Virus record (IMG/VR): IMGVR_UViG_3300020125_000336
Location: 1-58,688 of that record
Origin: a virus
Taxonomy: Duplodnaviria; Caudoviricetes
Direction: 5' to 3' (one strand)
DNA length: 58,688 bases
Part shown: positions 36,263 through 45,918 of the stretch, piece by piece
Position numbering within the stretch: position 1 is the first letter of the stretch
Layout: the number at the start of each line of letters is the position of its first letter
The notes under the pieces: generated by a model
The model's input: only the letters and a program-made list of their open reading frames with translations
Database searches by the model: none
Told to the model about the DNA's origin: nothing
Made by a program: the position numbers and the translations under genes

Positions 36263-38517
36263 ACTTCTCAACCGCACCTCGCGTGCTTCAAACCATTCGG
36301 GCCGGTGACACGGTTGAATGGAATCGCGGCGAGAACCGTACCAAAATCAACAACCAGGCCAACTGCGCCCCACCGCTCACACCAGAGACAGCCAAGAAGC
36401 TGGGCATCAAAATTAATGTGAATTGGGGCGAGTTGATGACTCTCCTGGCTCACGCACGGCGGCAGTACATGAACGCTTTTTGGTCCAACCTGCTGTTCTT
36501 CAAGGTCAGCATCCCTCTGGCACCAAAAGAATTCCAGGCTGACTGGGGAAGCCAGATCACACAGTTGATCAACAAGCCGATGCGCAAGTCCCTGCCATTT
36601 TTTGAGCTGCATCGCTCGAAATGGGCGGCGGTGGTGTGCCATGGTCCAGGGCCAATGATGTGGTACAAGAGGGATTGGTGGAGGCCGGAATTTGTTGCCA
36701 TTGAAGATCTGCGCATTCCCACCGACACTACCCTGGACTTTGAGAATCTGGACTGGTGGGCGGTGCGGATGCGCTACACCCCATACGAGCTTTCAAAATC
36801 CGCGTTCAATGACACCAAACGCAACAAGTGGGATAAAAAGTCAGTGGCTGAAATCCTCAAGAATTACAAAGAGATCAACTACGATGACCCCACTAACAGC
36901 TACGATTGGGAAACTCAACCTGAAAAGCTGGCTGAGCTGGTTAAACAGGATGGCGGATATTATTCTTCCGATGCCGTGCCATCCATCCCGCTCTGGCACT
37001 TCTATTTCAAAGACGACACCGACGAAGAAAATAAGGGTGTTTTCATGCGCATTGTGCCTGAGACCGGCGCTGTGCGCGGAGACACGCCTGAAAAATTCCT
37101 TTGGACATCCGATGAACCCGAAGCTGAAACCCGTGAACAATTACTCCACTGCCAATTCGGTGACCTGTGCAACAAAGCCCCGTTTAACTATCACTCAATT
37201 AGATCGCTGGGTTTTGCGCTCTTGGAACCCACCTTCTACACGAACATCACCCGCTGCCGGATGCTCCAGCACTTGCACGACAATTTCAATGTGTGGCTGC
37301 GCGTCACAGACCCCGCTGATCGCGCACGCGCCCAGGTGCAAGAGTTCTCCAACTATTCGGTGGTCAAACCCGGCGTTGACATCATCACCCAACAGCAAAG
37401 GCACCAAGTTGATCCGGGCTTGCTCGAAATGGCAATGTCTCAACTGAAGCAGCTTCAGCAGGAGGCGTCATCGAGTTATACACAAGATACTGACACCGGC
37501 ACAAAGCGCGAGCAAACCGCGTACGAGACCGGCGTGAAGATGCAGCAGGTCAACGCCATGATGTCCGGGCTCCTGATGACGGCGTTCATCTACGAAGGAC
37601 ACGCCTACGAGGAAATCTGCCGCCGCTTCTGCCTGCAAGACAGCGAAGATCCCGACATCAAGATGTTCCATAAACGCTGTGAACAGTACGGCATTCCCAA
37701 GCGCTGGTTAAATCACAGCCTTTGGGATATTGAGCCAGTGACACCGCTGGGCATGGGTAATCCCACCATGGCGATGGCTTCCGCACAACAGCTTATGAGC
37801 GCAGCTGGTGCGTTCGACGCCACCGCGCAGCAGGAGATTAAGCATGAGTGGCTGATTGCCGTGACCAACGATGCTCGCAAAGCCGCACGCTGGGCTCCGC
37901 TTGGAAAGGATCGCGCTATGACCGATTCCACCCGTGACGCACAATCTATCTTCGGGACGCTCATGCAGGGAGTGCCGGTTCCACCACGGGAAGAACTGAG
38001 CGCCACCGAACAAATCGAAGCCATGCTGCCGATGCTCGCTGGCGTTATCGTGCGCCTGGAAAAGAACGGCGGTGTGGCTGATGAGCATGATGCGTTGGGG
38101 CTCCAAACTGTGGCTCAATACATTGGTGCCCAGATCCAGACTCTCACCGGCGATCCGCAAATGAAGCAGAAGGTGAAGCAGTACGGGGATGTTCTTAACA
38201 AGCTGATGAATCAGGTCAAAGCCCTGATCCAGCGTGGCCAGGAACAGAAGCAAAAGCAGAATGGCCAGGGCGGAGATCCTGCCGCCGCCGCCAAGGTCCA
38301 GTCCATCATGATGACCACCGCTGCCAAGGTGAAGGCCAAGGAAATGGCAGACCAGCAAAAGCAGAAACAAACCTCCGAGAAATACGTGCGCGAAGAACGC
38401 CGCAAAGACGCCGAGGTGTTCGCTGATATTCAGCGAGAAAATCTCAAGGCCCGGGTTCAGGCTCACAACCAGTTGCAGCAAAACCGGCTCAAAAGCACCA
38501 AACCCAAATCTGAATGA
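36259..38517 (+). CDS. portal protein
   Basis: 752 aa downstream of terL; TAYE motif and Gln-rich C-terminal coiled coil as in P22-like portals. Confidence 0.8.
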   Translation: MNFSTAPRVLQTIRAGDTVEWNRGENRTKINNQANCAPPLTPETAKKLGIKINVNWGELMTLLAHARRQYMNAFWSNLLFFKVSIPLAPKEFQADWGSQITQLINKPMRKSLPFFELHRSKWAAVVCHGPGPMMWYKRDWWRPEFVAIEDLRIPTDTTLDFENLDWWAVRMRYTPYELSKSAFNDTKRNKWDKKSVAEILKNYKEINYDDPTNSYDWETQPEKLAELVKQDGGYYSSDAVPSIPLWHFYFKDDTDEENKGVFMRIVPETGAVRGDTPEKFLWTSDEPEAETREQLLHCQFGDLCNKAPFNYHSIRSLGFALLEPTFYTNITRCRMLQHLHDNFNVWLRVTDPADRARAQVQEFSNYSVVKPGVDIITQQQRHQVDPGLLEMAMSQLKQLQQEASSSYTQDTDTGTKREQTAYETGVKMQQVNAMMSGLLMTAFIYEGHAYEEICRRFCLQDSEDPDIKMFHKRCEQYGIPKRWLNHSLWDIEPVTPLGMGNPTMAMASAQQLMSAAGAFDATAQQEIKHEWLIAVTNDARKAARWAPLGKDRAMTDSTRDAQSIFGTLMQGVPVPPREELSATEQIEAMLPMLAGVIVRLEKNGGVADEHDALGLQTVAQYIGAQIQTLTGDPQMKQKVKQYGDVLNKLMNQVKALIQRGQEQKQKQNGQGGDPAAAAKVQSIMMTTAAKVKAKEMADQQKQKQTSEKYVREERRKDAEVFADIQRENLKARVQAHNQLQQNRLKSTKPKSE

Positions 38518-38578
38518 TGCCAGAAGGCTGGGCATGGGATGAAGATGACGATCCACCAGAGGATTGTGAGGATGATGA

Positions 38579-39880
38579 ATGAAGGAAATTTCTGAAGTAA
38601 CCGCGTGTATTGTTGACCACAGCCTGAACGTTGGTCTGGCAATCGAACTGGCCAGCCGCAAGGCGTTCAAACGGGTGCTCTACCACAACGCCGCCTGGAT
38701 TGAAGCCTTTCCCAAGCTCAACAAGGGCTGCATCGGGGACGGCTATGACGACGTAGAGGTGACCGACGATTACTGGGCTATGAAGGGTGAGATCGACTTA
38801 TTCATTTTTCCTGATCTTTACCACGCTGGCGAGCAACTTGAGCTTGAGGCTCAGGACTTTCTAGTTTGGGGTTCGCGCAACGGGGACAAAACAGAAATGT
38901 ATCGGCAAGACTTCCTTAAAAAGCTTGCGCAAGTGGGGCTGGAAGTGCCTCCCCACAAAATCATCACTGGTCTAACCGCTTTGCGCGAACACCTTTTGGA
39001 CCGGGAGGACAAGTACATCAAGATCGACAAGTGGCGCGGTACGATTGAAACCACCCACTGGCGCAGCTGGGCGATGGACGAGAGCTTACTGGACTGGTGG
39101 GCAGTCCTGTTCGGCCCCCTCAAAGAGATGATCGATTTCATCGTTTGTGACGCGATTGAAACCGAACTGGAAATCGGGTGCGACACTTTCTGCATTGACG
39201 GCAAATACCCCGATCTGATGGTTGAGGGGGTAGAGTACAAGGATCAGTGCTACTTTGGGACGGTCAAGAAGCGCCCAGAGATTCCAGAGCAGCTTAACGC
39301 TGTGCTGGAAGCGTTCTCCGACGAACTCGCTCGTGTCCATTATCGTAATCTGATCAGCAGTGAGGTGCGGATAAAGGACGATCACTTCTTCTTCACCGAT
39401 CCCACGCGCCGTTTTCCCTGTCCCGCCGGGAACTCGCAGTTGAAGCTTTACCGCAATCTCCCCGAAATAATTTACCACGGTGCGGCAGGTGAACTGGTGC
39501 AGCCCGAAATGAATGGCCAATTTGGTGCCGAATGCGTCTTGGTTGCCAAAGGCCCCAAGAAGCTCTGGTCCGAGATCCAGTTTCCAGCTGAATTGATGGA
39601 CTCGGTAATCTGCGCTGGTAGTTGCTACGTAGGGGGTAAGGTATGTACTCCTCCAGATGATTCCGAGGATGATGGGGTAGGATGGCTCGTGAACATCGGC
39701 GTCAGCGCAAAAGGCACGATTGAGGGCATCCTTGAAAAAGCCAAGGAGTTGCCCGATGGCGTCACTGCTAACACTGATGATCTGGTTCAAGTGCTGAAGG
39801 AGATCGAAACCGCCGAAAGTGAAGGCGTTCCCTTCACTGACGATCCAATGCCGACTCCGGCTGAGATTGTTTCAGATTAA
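38579..39880 (+). CDS. PurD-like ATP-grasp enzyme
   Basis: VWGS...EMYRQDFLKKLAQVGLEVPP...YIKID, EIGCD, and SSEVRI...DPTRRF patterns resemble GAR-synthetase-type ATP-grasp proteins. Confidence 0.65.
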   Translation: MKEISEVTACIVDHSLNVGLAIELASRKAFKRVLYHNAAWIEAFPKLNKGCIGDGYDDVEVTDDYWAMKGEIDLFIFPDLYHAGEQLELEAQDFLVWGSRNGDKTEMYRQDFLKKLAQVGLEVPPHKIITGLTALREHLLDREDKYIKIDKWRGTIETTHWRSWAMDESLLDWWAVLFGPLKEMIDFIVCDAIETELEIGCDTFCIDGKYPDLMVEGVEYKDQCYFGTVKKRPEIPEQLNAVLEAFSDELARVHYRNLISSEVRIKDDHFFFTDPTRRFPCPAGNSQLKLYRNLPEIIYHGAAGELVQPEMNGQFGAECVLVAKGPKKLWSEIQFPAELMDSVICAGSCYVGGKVCTPPDDSEDDGVGWLVNIGVSAKGTIEGILEKAKELPDGVTANTDDLVQVLKEIETAESEGVPFTDDPMPTPAEIVSD

Positions 39881-40345
39881 ACGCGACGGATAGGGCTTCT
39901 TGCCAAGGTAATCCATCAGGAGTCCAACGCGCTTTTCCATTTCGGGAGAATATTCACACAGGTTCCGCGCCTCATTAAGCAGGTCTGCTGTCTGCGTTGA
40001 TAATAGCGGCAATCCAGTGGACATGCACCGCACCTGTGTATCGTGCCAGTCAATGGCCAGGTGCGCAGCTGCCAGGTCGCCATGCCTCGTGGGGACAGGG
40101 TTGCCGTGCCCACAAAATGTCATGGTGTCCTCCAAAAGCCGCTCCTGGCCTTTGTGGCCCCTGTAGTCGATGGCTCCGCCCGATTTAACCCATAGATCGT
40201 AGGTGTGCAGGTAAAGCCCAATACCGCGCTGGGCTTTATCGGACAGGCCAGCATCCAGAATATTTAATTGGACCAAGTTGTCCATCAGCGGGTTGAACTG
40301 CTGAACGGTGATTGGGAATAATCCGTTAGGGAGTAATTTGAGCAT
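39872..40345 (-). CDS. hypothetical protein, paralog of 49335..49757
   Basis: Aligns by eye over its whole length with the gene in the capsid operon. Confidence 0.7.
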   Translation of the reverse strand: MLKLLPNGLFPITVQQFNPLMDNLVQLNILDAGLSDKAQRGIGLYLHTYDLWVKSGGAIDYRGHKGQERLLEDTMTFCGHGNPVPTRHGDLAAAHLAIDWHDTQVRCMSTGLPLLSTQTADLLNEARNLCEYSPEMEKRVGLLMDYLGKKPYPSRLI

Positions 40346-41520
40346 TACAGAAGAGCCTTTCTCGCCGCCTGTTCCCAGGTTTCGTTCGCATCAGCTGGTG
40401 CCGCTGGCGCTCCGCCAGGATGCTTGGTCTTGCCAGGGTCTGATTCTTTCTCGTGATCCAGCTTTGCCTTCAAGTCGTTAATTTCCTGGCGCATCCGCGT
40501 GATTTGCAGCTTCATCGGGAAGAACGCCGCCACCATTTGCCGCACGTGCGCCTGTTTAATTACCGCTTTGTCTGCTGATTCTGGCTTCTGGTCAAAAATG
40601 GAGTAACCCTTATTGCGCATTTCAGCTGCCTCCTTGTCGTCAGGCGCATCACGGTAATCATCCACCGATTCAACCAACTCTCGGTTTACCTGAACGTAGG
40701 CTTTACTCAGCTGCTCGCGGGTGGCCACCGCTTTGCCCTCTTCCTCTTTGGCTCGCTGCGCGGCGTTGGCTCGTTCTTCTTTAAGCGCGTTCTGGTAGTT
40801 GTAATCGAGCCGGTGAAGCTCGTTTAAGTGGTTAATCACCGTCTGCGAGTCGTCGCCAAACATGGTCCTGGCCACAGCGCTGGCCTTGTTAATCGGCATG
40901 GCATAAAGCTGCTGCAAATCATCAAACTTGGCCTGTCGGATGGCTTCACCTTCTTCATTCAGCACGTTCAGCTGCTCGATTACGTGCTTGGAATAGGCAG
41001 CAGCGTCATCAAAGGGCTTGCGATATTGCTGGATGAACTCCGGGGAGGATTCCTGTTTAATCGCCCGGACTTCAGCGCGTGCATCCGCCAGTTCCTTTTC
41101 CAGAATCGTCTGCCGCGCCACCAGTGCCTCGGTGTCCTTGCCCCTCAACTCGTACTCTTTGATTTTCTGCTGAAGCGTCTGGAGGGTGCTGCTGGCAGTT
41201 GCCGCTTCTTGCCGAGCGCGTTCCAATTCGGCGCGTAGCTCCTTTGGTCCACGGGCTGGGTCCGGTTTAACCGGCTCCGGCTTGGCTGGCTCGGTTGGCT
41301 TGGCGGGTTCCCCCGGCTTTACTTGCTCCTTGCCCTTGGTGGTTTCAGGCGGCTTGTCGTAAGCCTTTACCTTCGCTTCCAATTCAGCAAAGGGGTTCTC
41401 GGGCGCGGGAGGCGCGGGGGGCGCGGGGGGCGCGGGGGGCGCTGCTGGTGCTGGTGCAGGCGCGGGAGCCGGGGCGGCTGGCGCGGGAGCGGCGGGATGT
41501 GGAACAATTGCGTCTGGCAT
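40345..41520 (-). CDS. putative capsid scaffolding protein
   Basis: Pro/Ala-rich N-terminus, long acidic coiled coils and a short C-terminal helix. Confidence 0.65.
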   Translation of the reverse strand: MPDAIVPHPAAPAPAAPAPAPAPAPAAPPAPPAPPAPPAPENPFAELEAKVKAYDKPPETTKGKEQVKPGEPAKPTEPAKPEPVKPDPARGPKELRAELERARQEAATASSTLQTLQQKIKEYELRGKDTEALVARQTILEKELADARAEVRAIKQESSPEFIQQYRKPFDDAAAYSKHVIEQLNVLNEEGEAIRQAKFDDLQQLYAMPINKASAVARTMFGDDSQTVINHLNELHRLDYNYQNALKEERANAAQRAKEEEGKAVATREQLSKAYVQVNRELVESVDDYRDAPDDKEAAEMRNKGYSIFDQKPESADKAVIKQAHVRQMVAAFFPMKLQITRMRQEINDLKAKLDHEKESDPGKTKHPGGAPAAPADANETWEQAARKALL

Positions 41521-41522
41521 AA

Positions 41523-41834
41523 TTAATCTTTCTTCTCAAATTGCTTCACTAATGGCATCTCGTCCAAAATATGGTGAAGGCCGGGGCTAGGGAAATCATC
41601 TCCCTCCTCTTCGGCTTGGCCGATAGTGGACAGGGAATTTTCGTAGTGCCGTGCGCCAGCCAGGGACTCTGTGGTTTGGGCATTCTCCAAAATCATGGAG
41701 CGCACGTGCAGAAGGACATCATCGAAGCGCGGATCGCCCGTCACCGCCGCCCACCATTTGCACAGGTCTTTTTTGGACTGAAAGAGGGCTTTGATTTGAT
41801 TCATGGCTTCAGCTCGGTCTCGAATTGTTCGCAA
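41523..41834 (-). CDS. hypothetical protein preceding the scaffold
   Basis: About 100-aa helical ORF in the usual position before a scaffold gene. Confidence 0.6.
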   Translation of the reverse strand: MRTIRDRAEAMNQIKALFQSKKDLCKWWAAVTGDPRFDDVLLHVRSMILENAQTTESLAGARHYENSLSTIGQAEEEGDDFPSPGLHHILDEMPLVKQFEKKD

Positions 41835-42421
41835 ATTCTTGGCAGCACGGTATAGACTTTTAGATGGGGCAGGGTATGCAGCGCAACTGAAATATCCAAA
41901 GGCGCGTAGACTTTACGCTGAGTTTTGAGCAGCACCGGCAGCGCTTTCTTGGCGATGATCGTGGAGTGACCACACACCGGGTACTTTAGATCCCACACCT
42001 CACCGGCCACATGCGTCTTGGGCTTGTCGCTCGCACAGCAGGACCCGATGAACAACATATCGAAGTCTCGGGGCACACTGCGCAATGCAGCTTCGGTGCG
42101 TTCACGCCAGTTGGCGGGGAATTTGCAGTCCCACTCCAGCTGCCAGAAATGTTCCTCTGGGCACATGTTCATCGCTGCCCACAACATGTAAAAACTGATC
42201 CACGTGGCCACGGGCTTCACGCCGATGTTCCAGCCGCCGCCCGGGTTGTCGCGCTCGTAAGTGTAAATCGTGCGCAGCCCTGAGATGGTGCCGTGGATAC
42301 CGTTAAACGGCTCAGCTTCGATGCCCACCTTGTTGAAGTGCGAGGAAATAAACGCCCATTTTTCGGGCATCTCCTGAAGCACGACCACGAAGGGCCTGAT
42401 ATTGTATGAACCGATAATCAC
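41801..42421 (-). CDS. glycosyltransferase family 25-like
   Basis: EPFNGIHG, SFYMLW, QLEWDC (LEDD-like), PRDFDMLFIG and APLD motifs. Confidence 0.75.
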   Translation of the reverse strand: MIIGSYNIRPFVVVLQEMPEKWAFISSHFNKVGIEAEPFNGIHGTISGLRTIYTYERDNPGGGWNIGVKPVATWISFYMLWAAMNMCPEEHFWQLEWDCKFPANWRERTEAALRSVPRDFDMLFIGSCCASDKPKTHVAGEVWDLKYPVCGHSTIIAKKALPVLLKTQRKVYAPLDISVALHTLPHLKVYTVLPRICEQFETELKP

Positions 42422-43029
42422 AGCACGTCCTTGAATGGATTCCCACAGCCCTTGGTGTTGCTGGGCACGTCACTAATTACGACACTGCCCATGCCAATCA
42501 GGCAGTTGTTCCCGATGGTAACGTGGTCCCGAATCATCGCGCCGATGCCGATCATGGTGTGGCTCCCGATGCGCACGTGGCCTCCAGTAACCACTCCCGG
42601 CGCGAGGTGTGTGAAGTCTCCCACAATCGAATCGTGATCCAAGCTCGCGTTGGTGTTTATGATTGAAAGCGAACCGATGCTGCAATTCTCTGCCACCACC
42701 GCCCCGGGCGCAATGAAGGTTCCCAGGCCAATCTCCAGGCCACCAGCGCAGTAGGCCATGGGGCTGACCATGCTGAAAGTATTCATCGCCGTCTTGCCCA
42801 TTTTAGTGGCGATTTTGAATCGGCCTTCGTTGTCCCCCACAGCGTTGAACCACATGTGCTGGGGGAATTTCTTCCAATCGTCCACTTTGCCCAGCACTTT
42901 AACTCCGTGCTTTATAACCCCCACCTGCTCAAAATCATCGAGGCATCCGACGATCAACTTGCCCGATCCCCGGATTGAGCCGATTACCACGCCTGCATGG
43001 CCTCCGCTGCCTATGATAACGAGGGACAT
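42418..43029 (-). CDS. NeuD/PglD-family sugar acetyltransferase
   Basis: IIGSGGHAGVV, AVGDNEGR and LDHD motifs plus hexapeptide repeats. Confidence 0.92.
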   Translation of the reverse strand: MSLVIIGSGGHAGVVIGSIRGSGKLIVGCLDDFEQVGVIKHGVKVLGKVDDWKKFPQHMWFNAVGDNEGRFKIATKMGKTAMNTFSMVSPMAYCAGGLEIGLGTFIAPGAVVAENCSIGSLSIINTNASLDHDSIVGDFTHLAPGVVTGGHVRIGSHTMIGIGAMIRDHVTIGNNCLIGMGSVVISDVPSNTKGCGNPFKDVL

Positions 43030-43661
43030 TTCTTTTGGTAAACTGGAAATTGTGACAAGTCCGGATAGGGCAGCGTGATGTCGGCCATGTGCCTCTTGCT
43101 GCCATCGAGGTTGTAAAACTGAGTCATCAGCAGCACGCCCTGAGCAGCTACTTGGGGCATCATGTAGCAGTTCCGGCCAATCATCGTGAACTTATCCACG
43201 TGATAACTGCACTCCCCGCGCCCGGAATTCCTGGCTCGCTTGAACCACTCGTAATCCTCCTCGTCGTCACAGAGAATGGCCCCTCCCTTGCCCAGTTTGA
43301 GGTGCTTATAGGCTCCTGTGAACGAGACGCACTGAAGCTGCCCAGGCATGTACATGTTCGCCGTGAAGGTTAGCGCTGAGTCCCATATCCTCGTGGGCCA
43401 GAGCCGGTACTTGCCGGTCAAGGTCTTGGTGCCTGAGTCCACGAACTTCACCTTGGCCCCGGCCAGGATGATCTCGCACGGCACCGATGGATAAGTGCGG
43501 CAAGGGATCATGATTTCCATGTCTTGAACCCGTTCGTGGTAGAGGCACAGAGACAATGCGTTGCTGGCGTTGTCCACCGCCACGGCGTACGGCGCACCCG
43601 TGTAATTACACAGCGCTTCCTCGAACATTTGGGTGATTTTGTGTGGGCCTTGGGCGCTCAT
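43011..43661 (-). CDS. DegT/DnrJ/EryC1/StrS-family sugar aminotransferase (short form)
   Basis: FEEALCNYTGAPYAVAVDNASNAL, WDSA and SFTGAYKHLKLGKGGAI (PLP lysine) motifs. Confidence 0.88.
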   Translation of the reverse strand: MSAQGPHKITQMFEEALCNYTGAPYAVAVDNASNALSLCLYHERVQDMEIMIPCRTYPSVPCEIILAGAKVKFVDSGTKTLTGKYRLWPTRIWDSALTFTANMYMPGQLQCVSFTGAYKHLKLGKGGAILCDDEEDYEWFKRARNSGRGECSYHVDKFTMIGRNCYMMPQVAAQGVLLMTQFYNLDGSKRHMADITLPYPDLSQFPVYQKKCPSLS

Positions 43662-44629
43662 AATTTAAGCATTTCGGGAGTGATTTTAACCAGCAGACAA
43701 GCGGAGTCATTTACCCCAACGGACACCGCAAAGCCGTTTTCCAGCACCGCAATTCCACCTGGGAACACCACATTCGCCTTCCAATGGAAAGGACGGTCTC
43801 TCACCTTTAAGTTGTCGATCTCGGAGCCGAACAAGATCGGCCTTTTACTCACTCTCAGCACTTGGAATGGGGGCTTTGCAGCCATGGTGCAAGCGCCGAC
43901 AAAGTAGCGGCGGTTGTACGTCCCGAATTCGTTGTCCAGGGTGCTGTGGAAGAATCGCAAATAGTTGCCGTTGAACTCGATTGGCGGCGTGCCTCCTTTG
44001 ATTGGCCCGTAATCCCACCTTGGCCCTTCCGTCTCATAGGTGTTGACAGGTTCGCCGTCATCCAGACAGTAGATCTGTTGTTGCGGGTGACAGTGGTGGA
44101 TGCAGTGCAGCCGTCCCTGGTGACTGAAGAAAACCCAGTTTTTCTCCATTATGGACCAGTCGTTCCTGCCGATATTTGGCTGCTTAATATCCTCTAACCG
44201 CCCGTTGATTAACTTCCCGTAACGCACCACTGACCTGAACGGCGTGATCGGCGCTGAGGAAATCACAAAGGACATATACAGCTCTTCGTCATGGTGAAAG
44301 AACTTCGGGTCCTCGGCGCTGCGGTTAGCTTCGGTGACGATGACTCGGTTGCTCAGGATCTCGCCCGTGGGATCGACTTGGGCCAACATCAACTGCGTTG
44401 CCAGACTAGGTTCGTGGTGATGTCGGTACGCCATGACCATGAAACCGTTATCCTCGATGACAGCCGGGTTGTACCCGAATGGCTTCAGCCCGGTTATATC
44501 TAGGGGCTCAGTGCCAGCCTGTGCCGACACCTTGGGGTAACGCGAAGTTGTTTTGTGACCGGCAATGAACGCGTTCGCCAGCTTGTTGTTCCAGGCAATC
44601 CTGGGACTCATGACAGGGGCTTCACTCAT
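43658..44629 (-). CDS. GH130/DUF377-like beta-propeller glycoside hydrolase or phosphorylase
   Basis: YNPAV, EDPK, EKNWVFF, GGTPP and NVVFPGG...SVGVND motifs; ATGA-coupled start at 44629. Confidence 0.8.
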   Translation of the reverse strand: MSEAPVMSPRIAWNNKLANAFIAGHKTTSRYPKVSAQAGTEPLDITGLKPFGYNPAVIEDNGFMVMAYRHHHEPSLATQLMLAQVDPTGEILSNRVIVTEANRSAEDPKFFHHDEELYMSFVISSAPITPFRSVVRYGKLINGRLEDIKQPNIGRNDWSIMEKNWVFFSHQGRLHCIHHCHPQQQIYCLDDGEPVNTYETEGPRWDYGPIKGGTPPIEFNGNYLRFFHSTLDNEFGTYNRRYFVGACTMAAKPPFQVLRVSKRPILFGSEIDNLKVRDRPFHWKANVVFPGGIAVLENGFAVSVGVNDSACLLVKITPEMLKL

Positions 44630-45918
44630 GCGTCTCGATGGCAGCATCCGGTGGTGTCGATTGCGCCCCGCTCTCTAAACAGAGCCACCAGAACATGTGG
44701 CCAATGATGGTCCGTCCCCATCACGAAGTCAGGGATGTCTTTATAAGCTTCCTTCCACCAAACCTTAGTGGCGCAGAAAAGGTCTCCGACAGGAAAGTGG
44801 GTCCTCTCCCCGTTCTTGACTGCAATTCGGTAGGCGAAGCACGCCGTGTTAGCCACCAGTATTTGCGTGGTGCCTTTGTCTATTGTGGTGCCTGGGCGGG
44901 TGATGCACACCCAGTCATGGTCCCGGGCGCGTTGCATCCCCATGCGGAGCGCGTCACGCAGGTACGGGAAGCGCTTGGGGTCCCCCAGGTGTGGCTGGGC
45001 ACTATCTTTGCCACAGGACCCAATCTCAATCGGAGTTGGTATCCACTGCGCGAAGCTGGACTTTGGCACTTTGCACGTTCCTCCTTCGTATGCTTGCCAT
45101 ATGTGAACTATGCGCGGCAAGTCTTTCATTGGTTCAATGGCTTTGATTGCTTTCACCATTTCATGTGCGCGTGCGGGGAAGTCCGAATAGCGGCAGTACC
45201 ACACAAATTGGGGACGCCAGGAAGAGCCGTTCCATAGCAGCGGCTTGTCGTTGGTAAGCGCAACCACCGGCAACTGCGGCACTGCGCGGCTCAGGTGCAA
45301 AGGCGCAGAATCTATGGCTACCAGGCAATACGCTTTCTCGTACAGGCCGAGAATATCGAAAAACCGATCAGCCTTGATCGTGCTCAGGTCAATAATGTTG
45401 CAGCCGGTCAACTCCAGCAATTGCAGCACAAGCGCTTTGTAAAGGAACGGGGACGAAATACCGTCCAACGCAGCCAAGATGAAACGCCGTTTGCTTTTTG
45501 GGATCAGTTTTAACTCGCGTTCGCAATTGCGCCTGTCGAACACGAGCGGGAAGCAGTAGTCCCAATCCCCTAGCCGTTTAGCCACGCGCCACGCCTCTTT
45601 TTGGTACGACGTGCAAATAGCGTGTTCCAAGCCAGCCGGTTGGTACGTGTATTTGCGCACCATCTCAGGTGGTCCGAGGACCTGGGTGCAGACGGGCTTG
45701 CCCAGTTTCGCCGCTTCGCCCATTGCGCCTTCAATGTCGTGTGTGTCGCCTTTCCAGGGCAGGATGTCGCAATAACTGTTCTCCAGATGCGGCACGTACT
45801 GCTCCTGCACCATCATGGCTGAACGGCTTCCTTCCTGCGAGTCGCGCCAGAGCAGTGGCATCAGGTTGAGCTGATCTCCCAGGCGAGCGAGTTGGACGTA
45901 AAGGTTTTTGTACGTCAC
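44626..45918 (-). CDS. GT9 (heptosyltransferase-like) glycosyltransferase with an extra C-terminal domain
   Basis: QLARLGDQLNLMP and LVAIDSAPLHLSRA motifs; GTGA-coupled start at 45918. Confidence 0.78.
   Translation of the reverse strand: MTYKNLYVQLARLGDQLNLMPLLWRDSQEGSRSAMMVQEQYVPHLENSYCDILPWKGDTHDIEGAMGEAAKLGKPVCTQVLGPPEMVRKYTYQPAGLEHAICTSYQKEAWRVAKRLGDWDYCFPLVFDRRNCERELKLIPKSKRRFILAALDGISSPFLYKALVLQLLELTGCNIIDLSTIKADRFFDILGLYEKAYCLVAIDSAPLHLSRAVPQLPVVALTNDKPLLWNGSSWRPQFVWYCRYSDFPARAHEMVKAIKAIEPMKDLPRIVHIWQAYEGGTCKVPKSSFAQWIPTPIEIGSCGKDSAQPHLGDPKRFPYLRDALRMGMQRARDHDWVCITRPGTTIDKGTTQILVANTACFAYRIAVKNGERTHFPVGDLFCATKVWWKEAYKDIPDFVMGTDHHWPHVLVALFRERGAIDTTGCCHRDA

Noticed and set aside
41395-41500. 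G-rich tandem repeat as a regulatory element or second array
   Set aside because: It is explained by Pro-Ala codons (period 9 or 6) of the scaffold N-terminus on the minus strand.
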